DNA of 64,000 bases from Marsupella aquatica (GCA_973895155.1 OZ316894.1:18072563-18136562); one strand, 5' to 3'; counted from the first letter of the stretch, positions 14,001 through 27,254 are shown. A program made the numbers and translations. The notes: generated by a model not told the origin, from the letters alone.

Positions 14001-17000
14001 ACCAAATAAGAAGAAACACAAACAACCTGACCTGGAAATTAGCAGTGTCCTGGCTAAATTTTTCCACTTGCAGCAACTTCTCTTTCAGTAAAGAATTGCT
14101 AGCTCCGGGCAATATGCTTGCTGAAGCTGAAGTGACAGCTGAAACAACATTCTCATCCAGTGCAAACGGCACAGCTGCATGTAGCAGCAGCTGACATGAA
14201 AGATCCACCAACTGTAACCACAAACAAGATGTCCTATAAGATGACCGGAAGTACGGTGTATAACATCCTTTCAACTTGTTGTTGAAGAACAGAATCAACG
14301 GGCAAGAAAAGCTGTGGAGAATATTTAAACTGGTGCAATGACAGGCCATGCACAAATCAGGAAAAGAGCTCATCCGGCCAACCTGTTTCAACCACGCTTC
14401 TTTCAAGACTTCATGCTGCTCGCCCATAGCTGGCCAAGGCTGCATCAGCCCGTGACACAGGGCATGAACATCTATTTCTGTACCGACTTGCTTCATCATC
14501 CTAAACATGTGAAGGAGCTCTATCAGTTCTCAAGCTAGTTGACATCCTCCATCCTCACAATGTCAAGAAGAAGTCACCGAAAAACCGTTTGTTCCAAATG
14601 AAACATATCTTCGAGGTCCGATGAAATCCAAAAGTTTCTAAGACAAGAAATATGCCAAGACTTCCGAGAGCCCAAACCATAAACTGTAGTTGGCTAGTTA
14701 AAGGAGAAGAATTGAAGAGTAAATCCAGACTGCTAATCCTTCAACTACATGTGTTAAGAACTGAACTACCCGAGTCTGCCAGATACAAATTTACTGCAGG
14801 GGTTGCAAAGAGGTGACATAATTCAGGTCTTTGTCCACTATCTCCTGAAAACTACAATCCTTAAGGTAGTGTTTTTGATCCTTAACGTGCTGTCTATCAT
14901 GGGCTTCAATAATCTTCCTGATCTTAGGATGTTCCTCCATTATAATTGTTTCATAAGGCACGCCGTGCAATCTACGTCTGGATCTACCTATGCTTGACAG
15001 GTAGTACAATCCTTGGGAATGGAATGATCTCACCCTTAACAGGAACATTTCGACAATTAAACATTTAGAACAAGTGCGGCCACAATTTTGCTGTTCAAGC
15101 TCTAAAGTCTGAAAGACACGGACGTTGGGAATGTACAAGGTACCTGCGCATCAAATCTTTAAGCTGAAGTCGATAATCATCATTTGCTGCTAGTTCCTGA
15201 CTCCAGCAATCCAGGGACCGTTAGATTATAGACGCTCTCCAGGATCTTAGCGTGCAATCTAGCACTATTATAGAAAGGGTGAACTCAATAACGCAATCCC
15301 TAAAATTCGACCAGTGCAACATCTCAGTAATGTATTTCTCAATAAATCTCTCATGCCGAGCCATGAGTAATGGGGGTCCCGTGGACTATAAATTAATTTG
15401 CTATTCTTTCTCGACAATAAGCTCCGCACCTGGAGGATGAGTGCAAGTTCATATTCTGGAGGCGGAGACTCCTGCATTGCTTTCAAGACCATCACAATGC
15501 TCTTGAGATTGTGTGGGTTTCTATTGTTGACCTCTGCCGTCACAAACGTCTGCAAAATTCAATTTGAAAGACCGTTTACTTCTAAGCAAGGAGAAATTAA
15601 ATGTCAGAAAGCCAGTGTCAAGCAGCCAAAGGGTCGTTTCCCACAGGTGACCAAGAGGTGCTGCAATGCAAGAGCAACTTAGATCTTGAGATGAAATGGA
15701 AGGAAAGGAGAATTGACCTTCAGTGCGAGAGTAGTAAACTCTGGCCTTCGCTTTACCAGTTGATTGACCATGTCTCCAAATATGTTCCCATGCAGGGATT
15801 TTGTCTGGACAGAAGAGCACAAAGAATGAGTGTGCCTGTCCTCTCACGGAACTAGAATGTACTACTCTCATAAGTAACCAAGTACAGACTCTGACGTTCT
15901 ACAAGAAAAGCATTTGACAGCTGAGATAATCTACATGTTGATAACCACATTTAATTATTCATCGATTCCCTCAGGTTTGTACGAGCACCATTTTTGCTAT
16001 TTACACATCGTGCATTGCCCTCCACAAGAATTGAGTCGCATATATTGTTTGGACTAGAATATTGAGCAAACCTGCCCAGGCGGTTGCAGGGTGGTGATTC
16101 TAAGAGCAAGGAGATTAGCAACAGTGTTGAGATCATTGTCGCTTGAGCCACGGGTATGCTGCAAGATGCGATCTAACAAAGCTTTTGCTGCTCGCAGATG
16201 CACTGGATTGTTCAAGTATCCCTCGAGCATGCTAGACGCTACAACTCTCACTTCCTCGTAGCCTGCACCTTGCATCAGCAACCTAGCAACCACAACATAA
16301 AGATCACCTACAGCATAATGACATCTATAAGAGCAGCATCTTCATGCATGCATGTCCGTCAGCAATGCCTACTCTTCTTAATATGACCGTTAATCCATTG
16401 ATGCCTTCCAAGCCTGCCATGCTGCTCAACTCTGATTTACATGGCAGCCCAGGGACTTCACCTACTCAGATCTTACATCTCATACAATGTGATGAGGCTC
16501 CTTACTTTTTTTTATGCAATTCATCGAAGCTATAGGTGTCTTATTGTTCATTGCATCCATGTGGAATAATGAGCGGGTGCAACAAGTTCCGTCAAGTGTC
16601 ACTAGCCTAGACTGTAGATCACACACTGTCTGGCTCATGGCATAAGTTCACGATTGAACTATAAGAACGAACAACAAAGAAGACAAAAGCAGAGACTAGT
16701 ATGAATTTCAAACGTCAACTAGACCCAAATTCTTAAAAAGAGACGGACTTAAAAAACCTCGCGACTTACTTTAGAAGCTGGCGAGGGTTGTCCTTTGTCG
16801 ATGCTGACCCCAGAAGTTGGTTCAGGGCATGCAGAAATTCTGTTCGCACCCTTGCCCTTATTTCCTCAGATGGATATCTGTTTTTAGTGGGTATCTGCGC
16901 AGCCAATGTGCAGTAAGATCTTACTTGGAACCTGAATAATGGCTTGGTATTCAAGGAAAATTCAAAGAACCTCCGGCTCTTGAAACAGAATCAAGAAAAA

Positions 17001-20000
17001 AACTACTTTATTCCACACTCACCACTCCCTGGGACAGGGATGTTGCTGTATCACTCTTAACTGCTTGCCCCGGTACCGATTCTCCAGTGCCTCTGCACAT
17101 GAGGCAATACGCTGGATTGTCAAAATGACTGTTCAAAATTGCTTCAATATTACCCTAAAACGATGAAAGGGGAAGAGGTGATCAATACCCTTGAATTTCA
17201 AGTCCTCTTCCAACCGTTGCATCGTCTGTATTTGCGGATAACTCCTGCAACACAGACTGGAGATTACAAACGGGATACAGAACTGACTGAGCCCAGTCAT
17301 GAGCCCTTGCAATCCTCATGCAAACGCACGCGCCATGGCATTAGTTTTCGTAAACATGAGTACAGACGAGAAATCATAATCTCCTTATGTGCAGTCCAAC
17401 TATTATAATACTGGTGTACGCACCATAACTGCATACGAATGGAACGGAAGACTCCTTCTTAAAAGGTCCTCTACCAACTTCATAAGATTGCAAATCATTA
17501 TTGATCAGATCCGTGTCTTGGGACATTTAATACTAGCCCCTGCATTTAAAAATATGTAGAAAGACCATATGCAGAAAACACTCGTGAACGTCTAATTTAT
17601 AGAGTGAACAGCAATAAATACTTTCGTTTACTACAGTCACAAAAAGTCAGCCATAACACATGCAAGTACAAGGTCCTGCACATGCACGTGGGCTGTGGGG
17701 TGAGTGCCCATCAGAATCACAAAATTTAAAGCCACAATACAATAAAAACACATACGCTTTGATACATATGTCAAGTCTACGAACTTGTTTAAGATGCTTG
17801 TATTTCAACACAATCGCAGTTCATAACCGGTAACTTGACAAAAACTCAGGAGAAGCCCCAGGTTCCTACCCCATCGACATCGGGAAAAGCTGTCAAAATA
17901 TTTGCCACGAACTCCTTACAACCATCATGCTCAATCCAAGAGCGGGACATGGTGGCATCCTCCAGGTACACCTATGCAGAGTAACGCAAAACATCTTTCA
18001 GGCTGACAACACCCCGTCCTGAAAAGTATGTGATAAGCAACGTAGAGAAATATGCTGAAAAGATACCTCGTGGCAAGATTGGGTGCCAAAATGAGTTTTA
18101 GTGTCAAAATCTCCCTGAAAATTTAAGACATGTGGGAACTTCGACGTGCTTACAGTACCGTGCTCAGGGTTCCTTTAAAGGAATGACAACCACGTCTTGC
18201 CCCCTTCCCAGTTGAGAAATCGTACAATACCATGTAGAGAAATAATAGTTCAATTCTTACTTGAACAAGTTCCAAAGGCCAATCTGATTCATTGGCAAAT
18301 GCTCGTAGTAGAAGCTTTGAGGACAGTATGGGAAGCATCATCTGCCTCTTCCCAGTCAACTGGCCAGCTGCTGCATTTCGAAGAAATCCCACGAGAACCT
18401 GCTTCCACAAATATTCAAAACTTCTGAGCAAGACTGGGCAAGACTAAACCCGCTGCATGAGTCCTAGAGTTGAGTAAATTAGCTTCCCCATGAGATTCCA
18501 TAAAGGTCTGTTTAAGCATAGCATCCAAAGAGAGGATGGTAAATCATAGGCAAAACGATCAGATAAAAAGAAAGCAATATCTCAGTCAGTGGACCAAATT
18601 TCACAAAACTGAAGGGAATGATATTGCAGAGTACAACCCTGGGCGAAATAAATGGATTACCTTAAATGTTTTGGGAAGCCCAAAAGTTTCCGGAATCTTT
18701 TTTGAGATATACAAGCAGCTCAAATAATGATATCGACTTGGATTGGATGGGCTTTTTGACAGCTCTTCACATGTTTCGGAGACGACGCTGTCTACAGTTT
18801 CTAGATCACTTTGCTGTTGTGCACTCCATACAGTCCTTATGATATCCAAATCTGCCACACAATATCATGCATGGCGAAGTAGGTCACATTGAAAGAATCT
18901 ACGGCATTAGACTTAAAAACTGATCCATGAAGGCAACTTCGAGAGGCTTTATCTATTTTTCGGTCGTACGAACTGTAATATTTGACCATTGGGAACTACA
19001 CTGGTGGTGTGGTGGAAACCAGGATCCAAAGAATCACATGTTGAATTTTAGAAATGCTAAACATGATTCTTTTCTAGTTGCAAACACAAAGTCGAAGAAG
19101 ACACGCATAGTATCTACACAGATTTCTAGAAAATGTGATTTGTTATATTACCATCATCAATGCCAAGGCTTGAAGGCTGTGTCCCTTTTTGGTCAAGGAT
19201 AATTATCATAGTAAGCAAATCTCAAAGAGCAAGCAGAGTTGGCAGTCATGAAATCATACATCTCAGTTAATCTTTATGAAGATGATATAGTTATTACATT
19301 CAAAATGTTTCTCGCACAAGATCCTTCACAAACGACTCTTTTGTCTTGAATACATGCTTATGATTTAAACAAAATCGATAATGTTAGTGTTTGACACTAT
19401 GTTCCAAAAGTACTGAACACACCATTTGCTTTTTTGTTTCCATTTTAAGTCACAAATGGTGCCTTTCTGAAAATACACAAAGACTTCAAAACATTAATTT
19501 CACATATATTTACTGAACCCTTCTCGTAACTACAATAATTGTTTCGAAGATCGAATAAATTATTCAGAACATGATATTTATTTTCTGTAAATGTTAACTA
19601 GATCCAGGAGACCTACCGGGAACATCGCTTAATTTCATGTTTATAACTAAACTGCTAGTGCTCTGATTTGAACAGATGATTGTGCGAATGGACTTTGATA
19701 TTTTAACAGGGTTCGGGGTTTAACTCCAAACATCCGGAAAAGCTCGTGGCTCCAAAAAAATTGAAATGCAACTGAAATCCTGAGGTGACTAAATTGACTC
19801 GATTTGATTAGAGGACAGCATCATAATAAATTCTGTTCCATGTCTCTGGACAAATCGTGGACAGGCGAGTCCACTGATGGGCAGAGAGGAGGATACGGGC
19901 TCCAAGGTCCTTTGCACGATCGATGTGGCTAGAAGTGAAAGTTTCGGTGCAGACTCTGTTGCAGTCAGTAACTCTGGTTCATCACCGTCCTCCTTTTTGC

Positions 20001-20793
20001 CCCTCGAATCCTCGGTCTCTCCCTCTTGAAACTGGCCGACCCTTTCCAATGGCACAGTTGAAGCCTCTGAGTCCTCAGATTTCGCAGCTCCAGCGTCAAT
20101 TTCGACTTTTGTGGAAGCTTCGACCTGTGCAACTTCCTCAACCACCAAGCGTTGCGATTCTGTAGTGTCTCCCTTCCCCTCGAATTCATCTTGCGCAGGT
20201 AACCATCCACTCTGTCCATGAGAATTCTCCTCTTCAGCAACAGGAGCATTGAGATCAAATCCCCTAGGAGTTGTATTCAAGTCGAGAAACCCCCCCGGCT
20301 CTTCTTCCTCCTCCCTATTCCGAGAGTCCGAAATCCGTCGAGACTTGGATCTTGATTCGTCACTTTCTTCAGGCGTCAAATGCCTCTAGAAAACATCATG
20401 CACCGATTAAAGGGAAGAATATCACCATCATGCCAAAATGTAACCTAAACTTCCACCAAATTGTCCTTCTTCGTGTGCTACCTTCCCCAGTAATTGAGCT
20501 TCTATGGTTTTCCAAAGTCCTGTCTCTTCTACCTCAAGCACACCAAAGAGACAATTTGTCCACGAAAATCTCAACGGGCAAGCTGCATTCCAATAGACAG
20601 GAATCCCTCGCAAACGACCTCAGCTGAATTCTCCAAATTCAAACCTTTCACGCAAACCAGACACTCCAATGCGCTCTTAAAAACCGGTTCCCTCCCCATG
20701 GAGATCACCAATGGCCGGCACAGTGGAACGCAATCAACATGACCGTGGCAGCAGTGGTGGTGCAAGCAAGCATATATACATACATACCTTCAT
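2032..20793 (-). CDS. INTS1: Integrator complex subunit 1 homologue, multi-exon. Resolved exons include 20793-20788, 20385-19897, 19662-19617, one starting at 18851, large exons within ORFs 11097-11477, 9801-10547, 8572-9195, 5911-7368 and 3498-4289, then ~3329-3141, ~2677-2562 and last exon 2144-2032
   Basis: Many minus-strand ORF pieces are bounded by GT/AG and collinear with metazoan INTS1 motifs as I recall them: YLSCLYISKKIPETF; LLLRAFANESDWPLELVQ|VYLEDATMSRSWIEHDGCKEFVANILTAF; DUF3677-like GYEEVRVVASSMLEGYLNNPVHLRAAKALL; EVNNRNPHNL; AAYNPGTIGWFVWENLPTIRSLMEALLT; YQLGHLLRKSRSPDFFAEITKQQ; C-terminal LNDLERASSRMPAIL. Start ATGAAG|gtatgt at 20793; stop TAA at 2034-2032. Not every internal exon boundary was resolved. 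Confidence 0.88.
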
Positions 20794-21103
20794 AGGTGGA
20801 TGAAGAGACTTCGAATAGCGGAAGAGCGGGCGAGCTTGCAGACGCTGTCTCTGCTCGATGGCCGCACGCAGAAGAAGAAGGAAAACAATTAAGACAAGGA
20901 AAAGAAGAAGCGAAGCGCGAGAGAGGCAGGCAGAAGTGTTTAGATTGCTCTCATGGAGAATTTACTAGAGCTCCGAAATCATGAAGCTCCCTCTTCTCGT
21001 GCCAAATCTCTCTCTTTCTCTCTCCGTGGGTCAGCAGCTTCACACCATCGGCATTTCTGTTCTGGGTCCGAGTACGCTACCCCGCTCCTCAACAATGTAC
21101 AGA

Positions 21104-21147
21104 ACTGGACTGGACTGGACTGGACTGGACTGGACTGTGGACTGTGG
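21104..21147. repeat. (ACTGG)n pentanucleotide microsatellite ~300 bp upstream of the INTS1 ATG
   Basis: actggactggactggactggactggactggactgtggactgtgg read directly. Confidence 0.9.
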
Positions 21148-23674
21148 TTCGGTGACTGGTATGCACGAGAACGGAGTACCCGGTACAAAAGATGTGATAT
21201 ACCGGTACTACTGTACTGTGGTGGACCGTGCAGTGAGTTCGGTGCAACGTGTCCGGTGTTTGCGTTTCGCCCCGCCCCCAAACCCCTCGTGTTCGGATTC
21301 TTCATGGAAACTCGACGTAGCTCATGAGGGTCACTTTGACCCTTGGGAGGTTTTATGTTCATACCAGCCCTATGCCTGTGCGTTGCACGGCGCAATGAGG
21401 GCCGGCCCATAGGGAGTCGGGCTGGGGGTTGAGAGGCAGGGTGTCAAGGAGAGGGCGTCAGGGTAAGGCATCGTGAGGGCCGGCAAGGCATTGTGAGCAT
21501 TGATGTCCGTATACATATTGCGCGGAGGGTCCACAATGAAGGCACGGGCATGGGAAGCCTCGCCAGAGAGGGCAAGTGCTAATCAAATGGATACGAAAAT
21601 CCTCTAAAATATCTAACAACCAGTTTCGATTCTGGCCGATTCTGGATTTCATAACGACGACAAAGGACAAAAAAAGGCGGGATCACTTATTATAGTTGTA
21701 GATCTTCTATATGTATAGGGTAGTGAAGGTTTGGTCTGGGGTTACTAGTCCATAACCCTATGACCAGAAACTGAGGAAATGCTGACGGACAATAGGTCGA
21801 TAATTTTTTCTGAGCTTTGTGGGAATAGTTTCAACTAGAACCCCAACCCAAACAGTCATAATCATATGTAATACCTGCTCGAAAAAAATTATCGGGTAAG
21901 ACTTTTCGGGCACAGGGTTATGGAAATGGTAGCACCTAGTAGAAAAGGTTACACACCGGATAACCTAAAATTACGTTTAAAATAATCAAAGCAATAGTCT
22001 CATTGACTCTGTTTTGAGCCTACAAAGATGAAGTACATTCAAACACCGTGTCTCATTCAATGGGTCTGTCTGCCATTTTTGGAGATTCGCCCTAAACCCA
22101 ATCCCCATTTTTGACATGTACCCCAACTTGAATTTCTCTTCACAGTCTAGTGACTTCAGTCCAGAGAGTGTGCTCTCAACAATAGGTTCATATTGTGATT
22201 ATAAAATTGGATGTGTTGGTAAGCATTTCACACAGGTATGCATTATATGAAACTTCACGTAAATCCTGGGTAAAGTAAGAAGTGAAATTCTCAATTTCAT
22301 GGGCAAAATCAATGAAGTTTAAATAACTTTTTTAAATTCTCCTCTATGGTTCTAGTTGGTTAACACCATCTTACTAGGTGATATCCTAGTCAACATGGGA
22401 AAAGGGCACTATTCCATAGTCCCAAAGGAGTAGAGGGCATGAAAAGCAGTTGGAAAGCTTGGCTACCACTCCACTCACTCTTAGGAACGTAAGGGTTTCC
22501 TGACTTAACATACTGCTCAGATCTTGGCCATGATTCTTGGAGATTAAAGGGCTAACCTGGTCAAGGGCTGGAACACTGCCCAATATCCTTTGTTTAGGGG
22601 TTTGACTAGTTTCCAAGTCTAGCAGTAGGTTTGGTGTTCATGGAATTTTGACTTCAACAAATTTGTAGGCCTCCAGCAAGCCCTCTCTCCTTGGGCACCA
22701 TATAGAGGGTTGGGTGGTGCAAAGTTTAGGAGTTTTGGGTGTACATAGAATCCCTCTAAACCACAATGTTGAATGAATGCAGTAAAGTATTGTTTAGAGG
22801 CCATTGTGGGATATAATGCCCCCAAAAGAGAGATATTTGTTTTTTCTAAGAAGTAGTGGAGAATCTTACTAAAGAGGTGATACAAATCCTGACCAGGGCA
22901 TTATGCTCCCAGAATGCCCTGAAAAACACAAAGGAAAAAATCATGAAGAGCTTTAAGTGCATTATTCTCAGGGCATCCCAGACCATAATGCCCCTGTCAA
23001 GATCTGGATGATCTCTTAAGAAGATTCTCCACTTGAAAAGTTTGAAAACTAATAAATCTCTCGGACCTTCAAGTGTGCTAACATCCTGTTTTGGAGCATT
23101 ATTTGGAGCCCCTCAAATTGGGCTACCTCTCTTACCTTTGGAGCATTATATCCCATAATGCCCTGTGAACAGGACCCTCTGAGCAGGACTGTACTGTCTA
23201 CCAGACACACTTCTATTGTGATTAGAAAAATCAAACAGTATGTTGGATTGTGTCCTATCCATTTCATTGTCCTATCTGTTCCATTCAGGCTGTCTCTTAC
23301 ATATAGGGATCAATCCGAGCGGCCAGAGTCTTACTTACAATGCGCAAATAGAAGCTAGAGTTGGGTCTAGACTTCTAGGGTGAAACCTCTAGACCTTAAC
23401 TCTAGATGAATACAAAATCAAGAAGTACAAAATTGAAAGTGAAGTGCATGACAAAAACACTTTTGGGGCAAAAATGAAAGGAAAACACCATAGATCCTTT
23501 TGCAGCAAGACTTCTTTTTTTGTCATATCTTTATTAATATTCAAAGAATGATGTTGCTTTAAGCTGTTCCCTTAGGGACCCTCCTATGTGGTTTACTCCA
23601 GAGATATACCAGGTATTTCAGATTGCCATGCAGCAGGGTGTTTGTTTTTTAGGCTCTCTTGTGCTAGCGTCAGT

Positions 23675-24160
23675 TGATTCTTTTGTTTTTTGTTCCTTGG
23701 TTATTGTGGGGGACATTTTGGCCTGTTTGTCCCCTTTGGTTTTCTTTGGGACCATTTTCCCTACCCTTTATTGGGTTGCTTTGCCATTGGGACCATGTCC
23801 GGTGTCTCTCCTTTATGGCGCTTTGATATATAAGTGCCCTGATTCTTTCATTTTTTGTTCCTTGGTTGTTGTGCGGGGACATTTTGGCCTGTTTGTCTCC
23901 TTTGGTCTCCTGTGCTGCCTTTTTCCCTTCCCTTCCCTTCCCTTCCCTTCATTGGGTTTGCTTTGGACCATGTCTGGTGTCTCTGTTTAATGGCGCTTTG
24001 ATATACAAGTGCCCTGATTCTTTCACTTCTTGTTTCTTGGTTGTTGTTGGGCGACATTTTGCCTGTTTGTCCCCTTTGGTCTTCTTTGCTGCCTTTTTCC
24101 CTTCCCTTTATTATTGGGTTCATTGGGACCACGTCTGGCGTCTCTGTTTTATGGAACCTT
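23675..24160. repeat. Tandem repeat, ~165-175-bp unit x3, member of a dispersed repeat family
   Basis: Units start tgattcttt...ttggtt(a/g)ttgt at ~23675, ~23840 and ~24015. Each contains gacatttt(g)gcctgtttgtc, ttgggacca and tggcg(c/t) blocks; the first two end tttgatata(t/c)aagtgccc. Confidence 0.9.
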
Positions 24161-24890
24161 AAGCCCCTGGTTTGCTCAGAAATCTTAGCTTAGTATTCTC
24201 TCTCTCTCGCTCTCATTCAGAATTCCCATCTTTGCCTCTTTTTCTCGATCGATGTACAGCACCTCGAAGAAGCAGGACGGACTACACTCTCGGCAGGAAC
24301 GCTGCCATCGATTCCACATCTCTGGATCCATCCAGGTTTCTGTCCTTCAATCTTTCACTACAATGGGGAGTCCTGCTTCATGGCCAGGGTGGATTCCAGG
24401 TTGCCAGGGAAGATTCAATGCTTGAAGGGTTTACAGGGATTTTAGGTTTCTGTCAATTCTCATTCTCAAGAGCTTCACAGCGAACTACTCTCATGGTGGC
24501 GGAGACGCCGTTTCTAGACTTGTAGTGTTTTTCCCTTTCAACTACGGCCTTCGCTCTCTGTGTTCTTGGAGAGCCATCCGTGGACTGCGAGTTCCAAAAT
24601 TTCAAAACTCTTCTCCCCAGTGAAGCCAAGGTTTTTTAAAATCGGAAAGGTTCGTCTCCTGTTCTACAATTCCTTGTACTGTCCATGTTGCGTAGGATAT
24701 CCTGCCTGTTCCTGACTGCTCTCACGTCTCAGCCATCCGTGCCGTTTTATGAGGCTCGTAACGTGGTCAATCTTCGAGATTGAAGTCGAGATACTCGCTC
24801 CCGTTTCCAAAAGGAACCGGACCAAGAAGGGTTTTAGCTCAATCAGGGTGCGAAACTGGGACAGACGCAGACGACGGTCTGATTTTGGTG

Positions 24891-25739
24891 ATGGAAGACG
24901 TCGAGGAGCGACGGAGGCGGTTGGCAGCAATGCGCGAGCAGGCTGATGCGCAAACCACAGACGATGATGGTACTGTCAGCTCCATTCCGTCCCTCAGTGC
25001 TCCTCTTCTGTCCAATCCATTGGAGGATTCTTCTGCCGACACTGCTGCTGAGCAAGAGGTGGCGAAGAACTCCAATTTTGATTTCTACACGGATCCTCTG
25101 GCGGGCTATTCAGGTTCCAAGCGGAGGAGGCCGGGCGTGGGGGTTCTGCCCACGCCCAGCCAAGCTCCGCTCTCAACCAATGCATCTCGCCACGGCAGTG
25201 CCGGTATTTTACCACCTCCGTCTCATATGCAGGCTGTCGGTGTGTACGGTCCTCCGGGTTCTCGTAGTTGGCAACCTATTGTGTACCATCCTCCCTATTC
25301 AAACCCTGGGATTCCCCATCCGCAGAGTCTTTCAGGTTGGCAGCATGTTGGCTACCAGACCACTTCTGCAAACCCAGGGTTGGCATATCCGCAGCCTCCT
25401 ATGCAATTTCAGCCACAATTCCCTCCTCATCAGACGAATCAGGGGTCGAATCAAACATCGGGTCGAGGACGGGGACGAGCAGGACCAGATAGGGGATTTG
25501 GTGGTAGATATAATGGCAGGCAGTCTCCCAACAGTCCTGCTGGCGACTCATGGAGGGATGGCAGGACAAGCGTAGGAAGGGGAGCACATGGGAGGGGGCA
25601 AGGAGGGGGTAGAGTTGTGTCTGCCAAGGAACAACCGGAAGTGTTTGTGACCAAGAAGATGTTAGAGACAATGTTAGAGGATCCATGGCAGGCTCTAGAG
25701 GCTCACAGAATGGAAGAAACTGGGAGTGATAGATGGTGA
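24891..25739 (+). CDS. SIC: SICKLE-like proline-rich protein (MPLKIP/TTDN1 family, lariat-debranching cofactor), 282 aa, single coding exon
   Basis: ATG at 24891 gives MEDVEERRRRLAAMR, then LSNPL, FDFYTDPLAGYSGSK, a Pro/Gly/RG-rich middle and the C-terminal MLEDPW motif, all matching the SICKLE family. Confidence 0.88.
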   Translation: MEDVEERRRRLAAMREQADAQTTDDDGTVSSIPSLSAPLLSNPLEDSSADTAAEQEVAKNSNFDFYTDPLAGYSGSKRRRPGVGVLPTPSQAPLSTNASRHGSAGILPPPSHMQAVGVYGPPGSRSWQPIVYHPPYSNPGIPHPQSLSGWQHVGYQTTSANPGLAYPQPPMQFQPQFPPHQTNQGSNQTSGRGRGRAGPDRGFGGRYNGRQSPNSPAGDSWRDGRTSVGRGAHGRGQGGGRVVSAKEQPEVFVTKKMLETMLEDPWQALEAHRMEETGSDRW

Positions 25740-27254
25740 ATATGAAAACGCTTCTACTGTGCCTTCGTCCACCGAGCAGCGTAGTTTTGCTCAGTTGCCA
25801 GCCTCTACCTGATTTAGTGAGTATTTTGACAAATTATTGCAAAGCTTGTTACACTGTGCTTGAGTTTCCATTTTATTCGTGGTTGTAGCATTATGCAATG
25901 TTACCTGCTTATGGACAGTGGGTGCTTTGTGGCCATTTGCTGGGAGCAGAGTGAGTGTGAAGAAACGAAGGAAGTAAATCTGGTGCACAAATTTCCGTCC
26001 ACAGATTGAGAATGTCCGCCGTAACTGGCCGCAAGCTTCACCAACAGTTACCTCGTAGTGCCTTTGTACTCAGGAGAAGACTGATATGATGGGAGACGGG
26101 GGATTGAGGGCGGAGGCTCTCTGAACGTATAGTGCACAATATGTAAGGAGAGGCTGTTCTCTTAGGGCATGTTCGTGCAATTCCGGTTCAAAGTTTCTGT
26201 GGAACAAACACAATTTCAAAGCCTCTATGGAACAAACACAATTGCTGGCACATACTCATTTATTTGGAACTTGTTAGTGCCTACCTTGTTGCCTCGAGTG
26301 ATAGTAATTTCTTGAAAGTCTACATATCACTCGACTGAGGCATGATGAACCGAGGGGAAGCACAGCTGGAAAGCAATGTAGGCGAATTCATTTTCGGGCC
26401 TGACATGTGAAATGGTTTTTGAGCACATTGAGAAGCAATGACGGACCCAGTTATGCGTCGATTTTTCTTTGCTTTAGATGTAAGGGACGATCCTTGCCAC
26501 ACTACACATGCATGATTACCACCATGAAATATGATCTAAGGATGCCTATCGAACTCATTTAGGACCCCAAGCTAGAGTTGGGGAAGTCTCTAAACCTTAG
26601 CTATATGGCAGGCTAATATCAAATGATGATCAGGCATACATTTTTGTGATGTGTCTATTTGCATACAAAGAATGGGCATTCTAGCTCGTATTTGACTCAC
26701 GCATTTTTGTCATGGTTTCTATTTATAATGGGCACTCAAGCTCGTATTTGACCGAAATGTGTGATGCCTTTAGTGTTTGATGCCTTTAGTGTTTGATGCC
26801 ATCCATTTGTTAGGCATTTTACTCAAAGTCAATCATCTAAGTCAACCGTGTTTCTGGAAATTAGAAACTTGCCCTAAGTATGCTCTCCCAGAAACCTCGG
26901 TTTGTGGTGGATCTGTAAGATCTCAGATTCCTTCGGATTAGGGTGAAGATTTCAACAGGATCGACTATATATCTCGGTGCTATATTTTTAGCCTACCAAT
27001 GACTTGCCAAGTCTTCCTCCATCATAATTTTTCTTCACTTTCCAGACTGGCCCACAACTGCGTCTTGTAACTTGCTTCAACAAAAATTATTTGGGAAACC
27101 CTTTGGATCATTGACCGAATTGGGCTTCATTTTAGTGACTGAATTGGGATTCATTTTAATGCTTGTTTCAAAACTGAGTTTCTCCCTCTACACACTTGAT
27201 ATTCAGACTGGGCATATACTGTGTTCAGTATATTTCATTCATTCCCACATAAAT

